Shown one piece after another: positions 22,471 to 32,362 of a stretch of DNA of 51,726 bases. The DNA is from a virus, in IMG/VR virus record IMGVR_UViG_3300045988_076883, positions 1 through 51,726 of that record; one strand, written 5' to 3'. Position 1 is the stretch's first letter. Every line of letters begins with the position of its first letter. The translations under genes were made by a program, and so were the position numbers. The notes beneath the pieces were generated by a model. The model was not told where the DNA came from. It saw only the letters and a list, made by a program, of their open reading frames with translations, and did no database searches.

Positions 22471-22817
22471 ACCGGCCCGGCGGGGCGGCCTTACTTTGTT
22501 TATAAGGACATAGAATCGTTTGAAATCCGGTTTATGGGACGATAAAAAGAATAAAGAAATCCGATAAAGAGGACCGTAAGCAACGCAGAGCCGGGCGTTC
22601 GGCGGTAGGTTCTGCCGCGCCGCCCGCAGGCTGTGCGGGTTCGGAAGCGCGAAAGTTTGGTAGGTTTGTAATTTTTTTTGGCATTTCCGTTCGGGCGGGG
22701 CGGAAAAAGTGGGGGCTGAAATTGTCGAGCCGGGGTTGATGCGGCAGGGGTTTGGTTGAGCCTTGCCGGGGCTGCGGTTGATCCGGGCGGGGCGAACTGG
22801 TGACAATTTGTCGCTGG

Positions 22818-22847
22818 TTGAAATAGAAAAAATACGGAGAGTATAAA
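22818..22847 (+). promoter_or_regulatory. Candidate rightward promoter upstream of the packaging genes
   Basis: TTGAAA (22818-22823), 18 nt, TATAAA (22842-22847) in the AT-richer 22470-22990 region. Weak evidence. Confidence 0.3.
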
Positions 22848-22993
22848 ATTTTTTAGGGGAAATTTACAAAATGTCACCATGTGGCACGGTTTTAGGGGTA
22901 GAATTGGTACAGTGAGAAATTTAAGAGAACGCCCGGCGGGTTATCCTGCGCGGGCGTTCGGTGTTTATGCGGCAAGTTTTGGAGGGAGGAACG

Positions 22994-23725
22994 ATGGCGC
23001 GGAGATCGGATGCGAGGGATAAGGCGAAAGCTGAATACATCCGGCGGCGGGCTGTTGGGGAAAATATAAACCTGAAAGAATTTGCCGGGGAGATGGGCGC
23101 GAACTACGAGAGCTTGCGCCGATGGAAAGTAAAGGACGGCTGGGAAAAGGACGTACCGCGCAAGCGCGGCGGGCAGCCGGGAAACAAAAACAGTAAGGGA
23201 AAGAAAAACGCAAAAGGCAACAAGGGCGGCGGCGCACCCAGGGAAAACAAGAACGCCGAGAAAGACGGAGCATACAGCGCCGTCTTTTTTGATGCCCTGA
23301 CGAAAGAGGACCAGGACTTTTTGAACCAGACGCCGACCGGGGCCGTGGAAAACCTGCGGCATGAGTTGAAAGTTTTGCGGTGGCGTGAAAAGAAAATCCT
23401 TGAAAAAATCCACGAGTACGAACAGGTGGAGGATGAAGAAACACTGTACCTGAACGGCACGATGATGGACATGGAGATGAAAGACACGCCGTTTGCCCGG
23501 GTGCAGAAATTGCAGGAAGCCTTGTACAAGGTGCAGGGGCGGGCCGCAACGATCATTGGCGCGATACGGCAGGCCGAGGAAAACGACCGGCGGTACAAGC
23601 TGGAACGGGAGCGGTTGGAACTGGCGCGGATGAAAGCCACGGGCGAAGTTGAGGTAGACGATGTGGAGCCGCCGCCGGACGAAACGGAAACCGGGGAGCA
23701 GCCGGAAGAAAACGAGAAAATGTAA
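22994..23725 (+). CDS. Small-terminase-like protein, type 1 (N-terminal HTH region, Gly/Asn/Lys-rich linker, coiled coil)
   Basis: GGAGGGAGG RBS precedes the ATG at 22994. SLRRWKVKDGW...RGGQPGNKNSKGKKNAKGNKGGGAPRENKNA is typical of one terS family. Confidence 0.65.
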   Translation: MARRSDARDKAKAEYIRRRAVGENINLKEFAGEMGANYESLRRWKVKDGWEKDVPRKRGGQPGNKNSKGKKNAKGNKGGGAPRENKNAEKDGAYSAVFFDALTKEDQDFLNQTPTGAVENLRHELKVLRWREKKILEKIHEYEQVEDEETLYLNGTMMDMEMKDTPFARVQKLQEALYKVQGRAATIIGAIRQAEENDRRYKLERERLELARMKATGEVEVDDVEPPPDETETGEQPEENEKM

Positions 23726-23759
23726 ACCGGGGCCGGAAAGGCGGCGGAGGTGATGCGGA

Positions 23760-24251
23760 ATGACGCTGTATACGAGCAAGGCAGTGGCCCAGTGGTTGGG
23801 GCTGACGGAGAGGCGGATAAGGCAGATGCGGGATGCAGGCATTATCCGGGAAGCAAAGCCGGGGCTGTATGACATGAAGCCGACGGTGCAAGCCTACCTT
23901 GCCTACCTGCGGAACAACAACGGCGATTTGAACCAGCAGCGGGCAGAGCTGACGAAAACGAAGAAGGAGCTTGCAAAGCTGGAACTGGACGAGCGCAAGG
24001 GAGACTTGCACAGAACCGAAGATGTTGAACAGGCGCTTAGTACCATGCTGATGAACTTCCGCACAAAAATCATGAGCATGCCCGCCAAGCTGGCAAAGAC
24101 GCTGGCGGGAATGAGTGACAACGCCGAGATATACGATCTTTTGAAAAAAGAGACGGATGAAGCACTGGACGAGTTGAGCGACTACGACACAGCGTTTGCC
24201 GTACAGCAGGAGGGCGCAGACGATGGAAGAACTGACGAAGAACCAGAGTAA
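23760..24251 (+). CDS. Nu1-like small terminase subunit (winged HTH)
   Basis: Contains KAVAQWLGLTERRIRQMRDAGII, then YDMKPTVQAYLAYLR and a coiled coil. Lies directly upstream of the GpA-type TerL. Confidence 0.7.
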   Translation: MTLYTSKAVAQWLGLTERRIRQMRDAGIIREAKPGLYDMKPTVQAYLAYLRNNNGDLNQQRAELTKTKKELAKLELDERKGDLHRTEDVEQALSTMLMNFRTKIMSMPAKLAKTLAGMSDNAEIYDLLKKETDEALDELSDYDTAFAVQQEGADDGRTDEEPE

Positions 24252-24456
24252 ACGGTGCCGCGCCTGCGCTTTTGGTGAGGTCGTGAATGAAAGCACGGTG
24301 TTCTGCCCGTTTGGGCGGTGCGCCGCAAAGAGGTTGCAGCGATATGGCAAAAAGAAAAACCATAGCCGTGCCGCCGCAGACAAGGGCGATGCTGGCGCGG
24401 GTGGTGGCAAAGCTGAAACCGCCCCCGACCATGACGTTGAGCCAGTGGGCGGATAA
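24223..24456 (+). CDS. Possible small zinc-ribbon ORF overlapping the terS/terL junction
   Basis: AGGAGGG RBS lies 9 nt before the ATG at 24223. CRAC...CPFGRC. Overlaps both neighbours, so it may be spurious. Confidence 0.3.
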   Translation: MEELTKNQSKRCRACAFGEVVNESTVFCPFGRCAAKRLQRYGKKKNHSRAAADKGDAGAGGGKAETAPDHDVEPVGG

Positions 24457-26182
24457 AGAGCGGCGGTTGAGCCAGGGGGCGAGTGCCCTGCCGGGACGGT
24501 GGCGCACGGACAAGGCCCCCTACCAGCGCGGCATGATGGACGCGATCAGCGACCCCCATGTGCGCAAGGTAGTTGTGAAAAGCTGTGCGCAGATCGGCAA
24601 GACGGACGCGCTGGTGCTGAACACCATCGGCTACTACATGAACTACAACCCCTCCCCCATTATGGTTTTGCAGCCGACATTGGACATGGGGCAGGGATTC
24701 AGCAAGGAAAAACTAAGCCCAATGCTGCGTGACACACCCTGCCTGCGCGGACTGGTGGATAACCGCAGCCGCATGAGCGGCAACACGATTTTGCTGAAAA
24801 ACTACCCCGGCGGGTATTTGGTCATTGTGGGTGCGAACAGCCCGGCCAGCCTTGCCAGCCGCCCCATCAAGGTGCTGCTGGCGGACGAGATAGACCGCTA
24901 CCCTGCCAGCGCCGGAACCGAGGGCGACCCGCTATCGCTTGCCGAAAAGCGGCAGACGACATTCTGGGATAAAAAGCAGGTGTTTGTGAGCACGCCGACG
25001 CTGGAACAGACGAGCCGCATAAAGGTGGAGTTTGAACACAGCACGCAGGAAGAATTTGAAATCCCCTGCCCAAGCTGCGGACACTACCAACCGCTGGTGT
25101 GGGCGAACCTGAAATTTGACCCGGAGAACCCGAAGAACCCGCAGTACGTTTGCGAACGGTGCGGCGTGGCCGACAGTGAGACGCACTGGAAAAAACAGAT
25201 GATCCGCGGAGAGTGGGTAGCAAAATGCCCCGGCGAAGCGGCGCGGGGATTCCACCTGACAACGCTGTGCTCGAGCTTTTGCAGCTGGGATGAAGTGGTA
25301 GAGAAGTTTTTGAAAGCGAAAGAACAGCTGAACGCAGGAGACCCGGAGTTGATGAAAACATGGGTCAACACAGAGCTGGGCGAGACGTGGACAGAACAGG
25401 GCGAAACCGTGGAGGAAGCGGACCTGTACGGACGGCGCGAAGCCTACAAGGCGGATGTGCCGGACGATGTGGTAGTGCTGACTGCCGGAGTAGATACGCA
25501 AGATGACCGCTTTGAAGTGGAGGTCGTGGGATGGGGAGCCGGAAAGGAAAGCTGGGGCATACGCTACCAGAAGATTTACGGCGACCTTTTGAAAGATACG
25601 GTGTGGAAAGACCTTGACGAGTTTTTGAACAGAACGTGGTACAAGGCGGACGGTACGCCGATGAAGATCATAGCGACCTGCATGGACAGCGGCGGACACT
25701 TCCCCGATGAAGTGCTGCGGTTCTGCAAGGACAGGTGGCACCGGCGCATCTTTGCCATTAAAGGCCGCGGCGGTACGGATGTGCCCTACCTGAAAAACCC
25801 GACGAAGAACAACCGCGTGAAAGCGCCGCTGTTCACGATTGGTGTTGACACCGGCAAGGGCGTTTTGTACCAGCGGTTGAAGGTGAAGATGCCGGGGCCG
25901 AACTACTGCCACTTCCCGCAGGGGGAAGCGGCAGGATACGACTACAACTACTTCCGCGGGTTGACAGCGGAAAAGATGGTGGTGCGCTACCGCAAGGGGC
26001 GGGCCGTGATCGCATGGGAGCTGAAAGGCGACTACAAGCGAAACGAGCCGTTGGACCTGCGGAACTACGCCACGGCAGCGCTGGAAATTACAAACCCCGT
26101 GTTGGAAAGCAGCCCGGTGGCGAGTGAAGCGCAGCGCACCGTGCGGCGCACGGGCCGCAGACAGGTTAGCGGAGGTATTTAA
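24344..26182 (+). CDS. terL: Terminase large subunit, lambda GpA family
   Basis: N-terminal TLSQWADKERRLS..SALPGRWRTDKAPYQRGMMD and Walker-like SCAQIGKT. Size fits. Start is ambiguous (24287, 24344 or 24389). Confidence 0.9.
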   Translation: MAKRKTIAVPPQTRAMLARVVAKLKPPPTMTLSQWADKERRLSQGASALPGRWRTDKAPYQRGMMDAISDPHVRKVVVKSCAQIGKTDALVLNTIGYYMNYNPSPIMVLQPTLDMGQGFSKEKLSPMLRDTPCLRGLVDNRSRMSGNTILLKNYPGGYLVIVGANSPASLASRPIKVLLADEIDRYPASAGTEGDPLSLAEKRQTTFWDKKQVFVSTPTLEQTSRIKVEFEHSTQEEFEIPCPSCGHYQPLVWANLKFDPENPKNPQYVCERCGVADSETHWKKQMIRGEWVAKCPGEAARGFHLTTLCSSFCSWDEVVEKFLKAKEQLNAGDPELMKTWVNTELGETWTEQGETVEEADLYGRREAYKADVPDDVVVLTAGVDTQDDRFEVEVVGWGAGKESWGIRYQKIYGDLLKDTVWKDLDEFLNRTWYKADGTPMKIIATCMDSGGHFPDEVLRFCKDRWHRRIFAIKGRGGTDVPYLKNPTKNNRVKAPLFTIGVDTGKGVLYQRLKVKMPGPNYCHFPQGEAAGYDYNYFRGLTAEKMVVRYRKGRAVIAWELKGDYKRNEPLDLRNYATAALEITNPVLESSPVASEAQRTVRRTGRRQVSGGI

Positions 26183-26185
26183 GCT

Positions 26186-26422
26186 ATGGCGGGAATCACG
26201 AAGAAAGAAGCGCAGCGGCACTTGGATATTTGGCTTGAAGCGGAAGCGCAGATCGCAACCGGGCAGAGCTACCAGATCGGCAGCCGTATGCTGACCCGTG
26301 CCGACCTTGCCAGCGTGCGCAAGCAGATCGACTACTGGAACAACAAGGTGATGCAGGCGGAAGCCGTGGAAGAAAACCACGGCAGGAACCGAACCTACCA
26401 CTTTGTGTACCGGGATATGTAA
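26186..26422 (+). CDS. gpW-like head-tail joining protein
   Basis: Small protein between terL and the portal, as in lambda. Pattern A..A..G......R.....DL..V.KQI.YW. Confidence 0.65.
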   Translation: MAGITKKEAQRHLDIWLEAEAQIATGQSYQIGSRMLTRADLASVRKQIDYWNNKVMQAEAVEENHGRNRTYHFVYRDM

Positions 26423-26434
26423 GGAGGGGCGGAC

Positions 26435-28003
26435 ATGAAAGCGAGAGCAAAAGCGTTGCGCCGCTCCCCTGCGCCGAAGCTGACAGCGGTACGCAGGGCG
26501 CAGAACACCGGGTACAGCAACTACGGCGCGAACGTGCAGAAGAAATCCATGCGCGGGTGGATGTACTACGGCGGCGACGCCAAGCGGGACATTGAAGATA
26601 ACATAAACACGCTGCGCCAGCGAAGCCGGGATGCCTACATGGGCGTACCAACGGCCACGGCGGCGCTGAAAACCCTGCGCACCAACACGGTGGCGGCGGG
26701 CCTGACCCCCACCCCGCAACTGGACGGTGAATACCTGCGCATGGACGTGGACAGGATCGCCGAATTGCAGGCGAGCATTGTGCGGGAATGGAACCTGTGG
26801 GCGAAAAGCCCGATGTGTGACGCGGACGGGCTGGACAACTTTTACCAGCTGCAACAGCTGGCATACTTATCCGCCCAGATGAACGGAGACGCCTTTGCCC
26901 TGCTGCAAACCGAGAACGAGCCGGGGATGCCGTACAGATTGCGGGTGCGGCTGATCGAAGCTGACAGAGTGTGCAGCCCGAACCTGACGGACGTGCTGAC
27001 GCCGACGGCCATTGAAGGGTACAGCGTATACAGGATCGTGCAGGGCGTGGAGACAGACGAGCGCGGCAAGGTTGTGGCCTACTGGATATGCAGCAGGCAC
27101 CCGCTGGCAGCAGAGATGCAGAACGGCGCAACGACATGGACGCGGGTGCAGGCCCGTGGCGACAAGACGGGGCGGCGGAACGTTTTGCACATTATGCAGC
27201 GGGAACGAGCCGGGCAGGTGCGCGGCGTGCCGGTGCTGGCCCCAGTGCTGGAAAGCCTGAAACAGTTGGGGCGGTACAGCGACGCAGAGCTGAACGCAGC
27301 GGTCATCACGGCGGCCTACACGATCTTTATCGAAAAAGAAGCAGCCGGAGAAGCACCGCCGCTGGGCGAGATGATCCCGGAGGATCAGTTGATCGACGCA
27401 GCCGACCCGACGAGCATTGAGCTGGCCCCCGGCGCGGTGGTGGACCTTGCCCCCGGCGAGAAGATGAACGAGACAAAGCCGAGCAGGCCGAACGCAAACT
27501 TTGAAGCGTTCTACCGGGCTGTGACAAAGGAGATCAGCGAAGCGCTGGAAATCCCCATTGAAGTGCTGGAAAAGAATTTCAGCACGAGTTACAGCGCGGC
27601 CCGCGGTGCGCTAAATGAGTTCTGGCGCACCTGCGAGATGCAACGCAGTTGGTTTGCGGACAAGTTCTGCCAGCCGATCTACGAAATGTGGCTTGACGAA
27701 GCGGTAAGCCGCGGGCGCGTGAAAGCGCCGGGCTATTTTACCGACCCGGCGGTTGCCAGCGCATACAGCGCTTGCAAGTGGAACGGCCCGGCGAGAACAA
27801 ACCTGAACCCCGTACAGGAAGTGACTGCTGCCGAAAAGCGCATTGCACTGGGCATAAGCACGGCGGAGCAGGAAACCGCACAGATGAGTGGAGGAAGCTA
27901 CACCGCCAACATCCGGCAGCGGAAGATCGAAGCACAGCAAAAAGCGGAGGTGGACAAGATTGGCAGCGAAGAAACAAACCAAAACGGCCCGGCGGGCCGG
28001 TAA
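26435..28003 (+). CDS. Portal protein (lambda gpB-type)
   Basis: 522 aa. Sits between gpW-like and the protease in the lambda gene order. Confidence 0.85.
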   Translation: MKARAKALRRSPAPKLTAVRRAQNTGYSNYGANVQKKSMRGWMYYGGDAKRDIEDNINTLRQRSRDAYMGVPTATAALKTLRTNTVAAGLTPTPQLDGEYLRMDVDRIAELQASIVREWNLWAKSPMCDADGLDNFYQLQQLAYLSAQMNGDAFALLQTENEPGMPYRLRVRLIEADRVCSPNLTDVLTPTAIEGYSVYRIVQGVETDERGKVVAYWICSRHPLAAEMQNGATTWTRVQARGDKTGRRNVLHIMQRERAGQVRGVPVLAPVLESLKQLGRYSDAELNAAVITAAYTIFIEKEAAGEAPPLGEMIPEDQLIDAADPTSIELAPGAVVDLAPGEKMNETKPSRPNANFEAFYRAVTKEISEALEIPIEVLEKNFSTSYSAARGALNEFWRTCEMQRSWFADKFCQPIYEMWLDEAVSRGRVKAPGYFTDPAVASAYSACKWNGPARTNLNPVQEVTAAEKRIALGISTAEQETAQMSGGSYTANIRQRKIEAQQKAEVDKIGSEETNQNGPAGR

Positions 28004-29144
28004 TCACTTTTGGCAGGTAAAGAACCTGGCCGGGAATGATGCGGAACTGATTTTGTACGGCACCATCAGCGACACAAGCTGGTGGGGCGACGAGATCACA
28101 CCGCAGCAGTTTATTGACGACATTAAGAGCCTGGGCAGCGTTGACACGCTGACCGTGCGAATCAACAGCGGCGGCGGTGACGTGTTTGCCGCACAGGCCA
28201 TTGGCGCACAGATCGACAGCTTGAACAAGGCGGGCACAAAAACGGTGTGCCGCATTGACGGACTGTGTGCGAGTGCCGCGACCATCATTGCCAGCCATTG
28301 CAGCAAGGTGGTAGCCAACGGAGACGCGCTGTACATGATCCACCTGCCGAGCGTGTACCTGTTTGATGCCTGCGACGAGAATGACTTGCAGGCATACATG
28401 AACGAACTGAAAGCCGTAAAGGTCAGCATTTTGCAGCTGTATGTGAAAAAGACCGGGCAGGACTTGGACGTGCTGACGAACTGGATGGAAGAAACCAGTT
28501 GGTTTACCGCCGACGAAGCAAAGGACAACGGCTTTATTGACGAGGTGGACGAGGATGCCGAACCGGCCCTGATCGAAAACCGGGCCGGTGCGCTGTTTGT
28601 AAACAGCGTGAACACCGGGCTTTGCATGAACGAAGCCCCTGACTATGTGAAAAGCGCCCTGCGCAAGCAGCGGCGCTTTTCTAATACAAAAACCCCGGCG
28701 GATGCGCCGGAAAACAAGGAGGAACCAAAAATGGCAGAGAACAAGACCACCGGCGCACCTGCTGCACCGGCCATTACCACCGTGGACGCCCTGCGCACCG
28801 CCTACCCCGACCTGTGCAACCAGATCGAGAACGCGGCAGCACAGAACGCCACCACCGCCGAGCGTGCCCGCATCAAGGACATTGAGGACATGACGGCACC
28901 CGGCGACGAGCAGACCGCTTACGACGCCAAGTTTGGCGACAAGCCGCAGGACGCCGCCGCCTATGCTATCGCCTGCATGAAAGCCCAGAAAGCAGCAGGC
29001 GCAAAACACGCGGCCGATGCCGAGGACGACGCAGCCAAGAGTGGCGTAAACGGCGTGAAGCAGGCCGAGCCTGCGGGCAAACCCAAAGACAGCGGCGAGG
29101 ACAGCGCAATCGCCTGCATCCGCCGCGTCAACAACGTGAAGTAA
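27960..29144 (+). CDS. ClpP/S49-family prohead protease fused to a scaffold-like C-terminal domain
   Basis: INSGGGDVFAAQAIGAQI and CASAATIIA motifs. TTG start at 27960 follows GGAGGTGG. Ala/Glu/Lys-rich C-terminus. Confidence 0.85.
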   Translation: MAAKKQTKTARRAGNHFWQVKNLAGNDAELILYGTISDTSWWGDEITPQQFIDDIKSLGSVDTLTVRINSGGGDVFAAQAIGAQIDSLNKAGTKTVCRIDGLCASAATIIASHCSKVVANGDALYMIHLPSVYLFDACDENDLQAYMNELKAVKVSILQLYVKKTGQDLDVLTNWMEETSWFTADEAKDNGFIDEVDEDAEPALIENRAGALFVNSVNTGLCMNEAPDYVKSALRKQRRFSNTKTPADAPENKEEPKMAENKTTGAPAAPAITTVDALRTAYPDLCNQIENAAAQNATTAERARIKDIEDMTAPGDEQTAYDAKFGDKPQDAAAYAIACMKAQKAAGAKHAADAEDDAAKSGVNGVKQAEPAGKPKDSGEDSAIACIRRVNNVK

Positions 29145-29156
29145 GGAGGAAGAACT

Positions 29157-29513
29157 ATGGCTATGGACCTTGCTGTGCAGACCTTTAGCACGAAACCCGA
29201 TTACCTGATCGCAGGTACGGACATTCGCATTACGACTGCCGTTAAGGAGGCCGGTGCCGCGCTGACCCGCGGCATGGTGGTGTGCCTTGCCGATGGCAAG
29301 CTGACCCAGCCCGCCGTTACCGGCAGCGCTGACCCCTATACCGTTGCCACTACCGGCATGTACGGCATTGTGGCTGACGATGCCGCCAACGGCAAAGATG
29401 CCGTTGTGTACCTGACCGGCGAATTTTTTGCCGATGCGCTGGTGCTGCCCGAACACGCCAAGGCCGCAGACGTGGAAATCGCCCTGCGCAACATTGGCAT
29501 TTTCCTGAAATGA
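29157..29513 (+). CDS. Head decoration protein (gpD-like)
   Basis: 118 aa, directly upstream of a gpE-type capsid gene. AAGGAGG RBS. Confidence 0.65.
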   Translation: MAMDLAVQTFSTKPDYLIAGTDIRITTAVKEAGAALTRGMVVCLADGKLTQPAVTGSADPYTVATTGMYGIVADDAANGKDAVVYLTGEFFADALVLPEHAKAADVEIALRNIGIFLK

Positions 29514-29531
29514 GAGAAGGAGGAATGAACT

Positions 29532-30569
29532 ATGCCTAACATGGTTGATCTGTACACCCCGCGCACGCTTGCCGAGGTTGTGAAAACCACCCCGCCGGTC
29601 CGCACTTTCCTGCGCGACCGTTTCTTTACCAACGTCAAGACCTTCCCCACCAAGCGGGTTGACATTGACATTGTGAAGGGCAACCGCAAGATGGCTGCCT
29701 TTATCCACCCGATGGTTGGCGGCGAGATCGTGCAGGCCGAGGGCTACGAGACCAAGAGCTATGCCCCGCCGCTGATCAACCCCGCCACGATCAGCACCGC
29801 AGACCAGCTGTTGGAACGCCTGCCCGGCGAGGATATGTACAGCGGCAAGACACCGGCGGACCGTGCCGCCGAAAAGCTGATTGAGGAATACAACCAGCTG
29901 AACGACATGACGACCCGCCGTGAAGAGTGGATGGCCGCGCAGGTGCTTACCACCGGCCAGCTGAAAGTGAAGGGCAAGGGCGTTGACGAGGTGATCGACT
30001 TTGGCCTGACGAACAAGACCACGCTGGCGAGCACCAAGAAGTGGGGCGGCTCTGCCGCTGACATCTGGGGCAACCTGAAAGACTGGAAACAGCAGGTAAG
30101 CCGCAACGGCTTTGCCAACGCCAACATGGTGATCATGGGCAAGGCTGCCGCCGATGCCTTTATGGCCGATGCCACCATCAAGAACCTGCTGGACAACCGC
30201 CGCATTGAGATCGGCGCGATCAAGCCGGAGGAAATGGAAGGTGGGCTGACCTACTACGGCCACCTGAACCTGCCCGGCGTTGACATTTACAGGTACGACG
30301 AAGTGTACCTTGACGATGCCGACGACAGCACCAAGCCGCTGATCCCGGACAACATGGTGCTGATGCTGCCCAGCGCCGCGGGCTTTGTGCGTGCTTACGG
30401 CCTGTGCACCTACCTGGACGATGCCGGGGCATGGCACAGCGCCGAGACGGACCGCCTGCTGCGCACCTATGTGGAGCACCGCCCGGACCGCCGCTTTATC
30501 GAGTTGCAGACCCACCCGCTGCTGATCCCTGACAAGATCGACAGCTGGTTTGCGGCGACGGTGCTGTAA
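29532..30569 (+). CDS. Major capsid protein, lambda gpE family
   Basis: FLRDRFF, FLPDNMVLML, RAYG and a C-terminal THPLLIPD match the remembered lambda gpE landmarks (FLRLFF, FLPDNTMVLG, RTYG, SAPLMLLADPD). Confidence 0.93.
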   Translation: MPNMVDLYTPRTLAEVVKTTPPVRTFLRDRFFTNVKTFPTKRVDIDIVKGNRKMAAFIHPMVGGEIVQAEGYETKSYAPPLINPATISTADQLLERLPGEDMYSGKTPADRAAEKLIEEYNQLNDMTTRREEWMAAQVLTTGQLKVKGKGVDEVIDFGLTNKTTLASTKKWGGSAADIWGNLKDWKQQVSRNGFANANMVIMGKAAADAFMADATIKNLLDNRRIEIGAIKPEEMEGGLTYYGHLNLPGVDIYRYDEVYLDDADDSTKPLIPDNMVLMLPSAAGFVRAYGLCTYLDDAGAWHSAETDRLLRTYVEHRPDRRFIELQTHPLLIPDKIDSWFAATVL

Positions 30570-30721
30570 TGAAGGGACAAAGTTTAGAGCAGAGATAAGG
30601 CTCTCCCCCCAAGCCGCTGCGGCGGCAGCCCCATCGCAGAGGGGGCCAAGGGGCAGACGAACGGCAGAAACAGGGCACCGCACGGAATGTGGCGGACGCG
30701 GAGTTATGGCCGGGTGAAGGG

Positions 30722-31120
30722 ATGGTTGGGATGGATTTAGAGCAGGATTACGGGCCGGGAACCGAGCCGGAAGAAAAGATGCTGACGTTCAAGGACTGCG
30801 CGGCGGCAGACATTGACGACGTGTTTTTTAACACGGACGAGTTTGCCGACGAGCACATGATCAACGGGAAAACGCTGCTGGCCGTGCTGGATGAAAACAC
30901 CCTGATGGACCGTAGCGCCCACTGGGAGGGCGGTGCGAAGCAGAGCTTTGACCAAGGGCTGTACAAGGCGGATGCCAAGCTGTTTGTGAAATGCAGGGAG
31001 CTGGGCGGACGGCCAAAGGTGAGCAGCCCGATGATCGTGGACGGGAAAAAGTATCTTGTGGGCAACGTGGATGAAGAAGCGGGCGTGTACAGCGTGGAGC
31101 TTGTGAGGGTACGGCAATGA
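30722..31120 (+). CDS. Head-tail connector region protein (function unassigned)
   Basis: GGTGAAGGG RBS precedes the ATG at 30722. The DDVFFNTDEFADEH motif is common in neck-region proteins. Start is uncertain. Confidence 0.65.
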   Translation: MVGMDLEQDYGPGTEPEEKMLTFKDCAAADIDDVFFNTDEFADEHMINGKTLLAVLDENTLMDRSAHWEGGAKQSFDQGLYKADAKLFVKCRELGGRPKVSSPMIVDGKKYLVGNVDEEAGVYSVELVRVRQ

Positions 31121-31821
31121 GCAATTTTACCTGGTACGACGCAGGCACAACGACCATTGGCGTGAACGCCGAGGAAGTAAGCCAACGGTTGGGAGAATTG
31201 CGCCGGAAAACACCGGCGGTAATCAAAGTGGCGGTGAACGCCACGGCGAGAGAGACGCGCAAGGAAATGCTGCGGCGCGTACTGAAACGCTATGCGCTGA
31301 CGGCCAAGGGCAAGGAACGCGCCAAGGGCCTGAAACAGAAGGTAAAGGCCACAAATGCTGACCCGGCGGCTGTGCTGTGGATTGGCGGCATCAACGGTGC
31401 GCGGGCTGACCTTGCGTACTTTCAACACAGGGTAACGGTGCCGCACCCGGGTTTGAGCTGGCAGACGGGACCGAGCGTGTTTAAGGCACGGGTCCTGCGC
31501 AACGGAAGATTGCATGACCTGACAGGCGGCGGCGCGTACAGCAAGGGCTTTCTGGCGGAGTTCAAGAGTACACACATCGGCATGATCCAGCGCCATATTG
31601 GCGCGGCCAGCAGCGAGACGACGACCAAGAGCGGCGCACCGCGCTGGCGCAGCGCAAGCGGCGTTGTGGAGAAAACGAGGACTTACGGCTCCCCATCCGG
31701 CACGGCACAGCACCATACCGTGTGGGAGAAAGAGGATGTGCATGTGTACGCTGAAAACACGCTGAACGACAGACTGGAAAAGCAGATTGCCAAAGTGATG
31801 GCGAGAGCAGCAAAGGGGTGA
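31117..31821 (+). CDS. Neck or tail-completion region protein
   Basis: ATGA coupling. Position lies between the head and sheath genes. Confidence 0.7.
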   Translation: MSNFTWYDAGTTTIGVNAEEVSQRLGELRRKTPAVIKVAVNATARETRKEMLRRVLKRYALTAKGKERAKGLKQKVKATNADPAAVLWIGGINGARADLAYFQHRVTVPHPGLSWQTGPSVFKARVLRNGRLHDLTGGGAYSKGFLAEFKSTHIGMIQRHIGAASSETTTKSGAPRWRSASGVVEKTRTYGSPSGTAQHHTVWEKEDVHVYAENTLNDRLEKQIAKVMARAAKG

Positions 31822-31827
31822 TGAAAC

Positions 31828-32349
31828 ATGCAGGGCGACAAGATTGCAGGATTTACCACCGCCATGATGCAGGATGCGCTTTGCGACGAGCTGCGAAACC
31901 TGTTTGCCGGGCGAGTGTTCAACGGGCAGGGTGGCTTGAAAGCGTTGAAAGTGTTCCGCCAGAATTTGCCCATTGATACGGGACTGGACGAGGACGCCGA
32001 CACGGACGCAGCGGCCAGCCCCTACATTGTGGTGCTGCTGGAGGGCGGGAAAATCTACAACCCGCAGGATGCAAAAGTGGTGAGCGCCACGCTGACCGTG
32101 TGCTGCTACGACGAGGGCAACGAGCGCGACGGCTTTAGGGATGTGCAGAACATCTTGGAAGCGATTGAACAGCACTTTTGCGTGAAGCCGTTTTTTGGCG
32201 GCGCGTTTACTGTACTGAAAGGACACGAGCATTACTTTGAAGATGCGCTGCAAATGGACGACACATGGCCGTACTATTTTGGCGCGGTGAGCTTTGACGT
32301 GACCGTGCCGGTGCCGACGAGCGAAAGCACGTTTGATGAACTGATCTGA
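31828..32349 (+). CDS. Tail completion/terminator-like protein
   Basis: Position and size. AAGGGGTG RBS. Confidence 0.65.
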   Translation: MQGDKIAGFTTAMMQDALCDELRNLFAGRVFNGQGGLKALKVFRQNLPIDTGLDEDADTDAAASPYIVVLLEGGKIYNPQDAKVVSATLTVCCYDEGNERDGFRDVQNILEAIEQHFCVKPFFGGAFTVLKGHEHYFEDALQMDDTWPYYFGAVSFDVTVPVPTSESTFDELI

Positions 32350-32362
32350 AAGGAGGCCGAAG

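Noticed and set aside
21840-22472. N-terminal 211 aa of the 302-aa minus-strand ORF (CCRAAAVRPYDEGAARCCGL repeats), and the 172-aa plus ORF 21987-22505
   Set aside because: They are translations of the 153-bp tandem repeat and of the promoter/operator region. A good RBS and ATG at 21839 define the real 91-aa gene.
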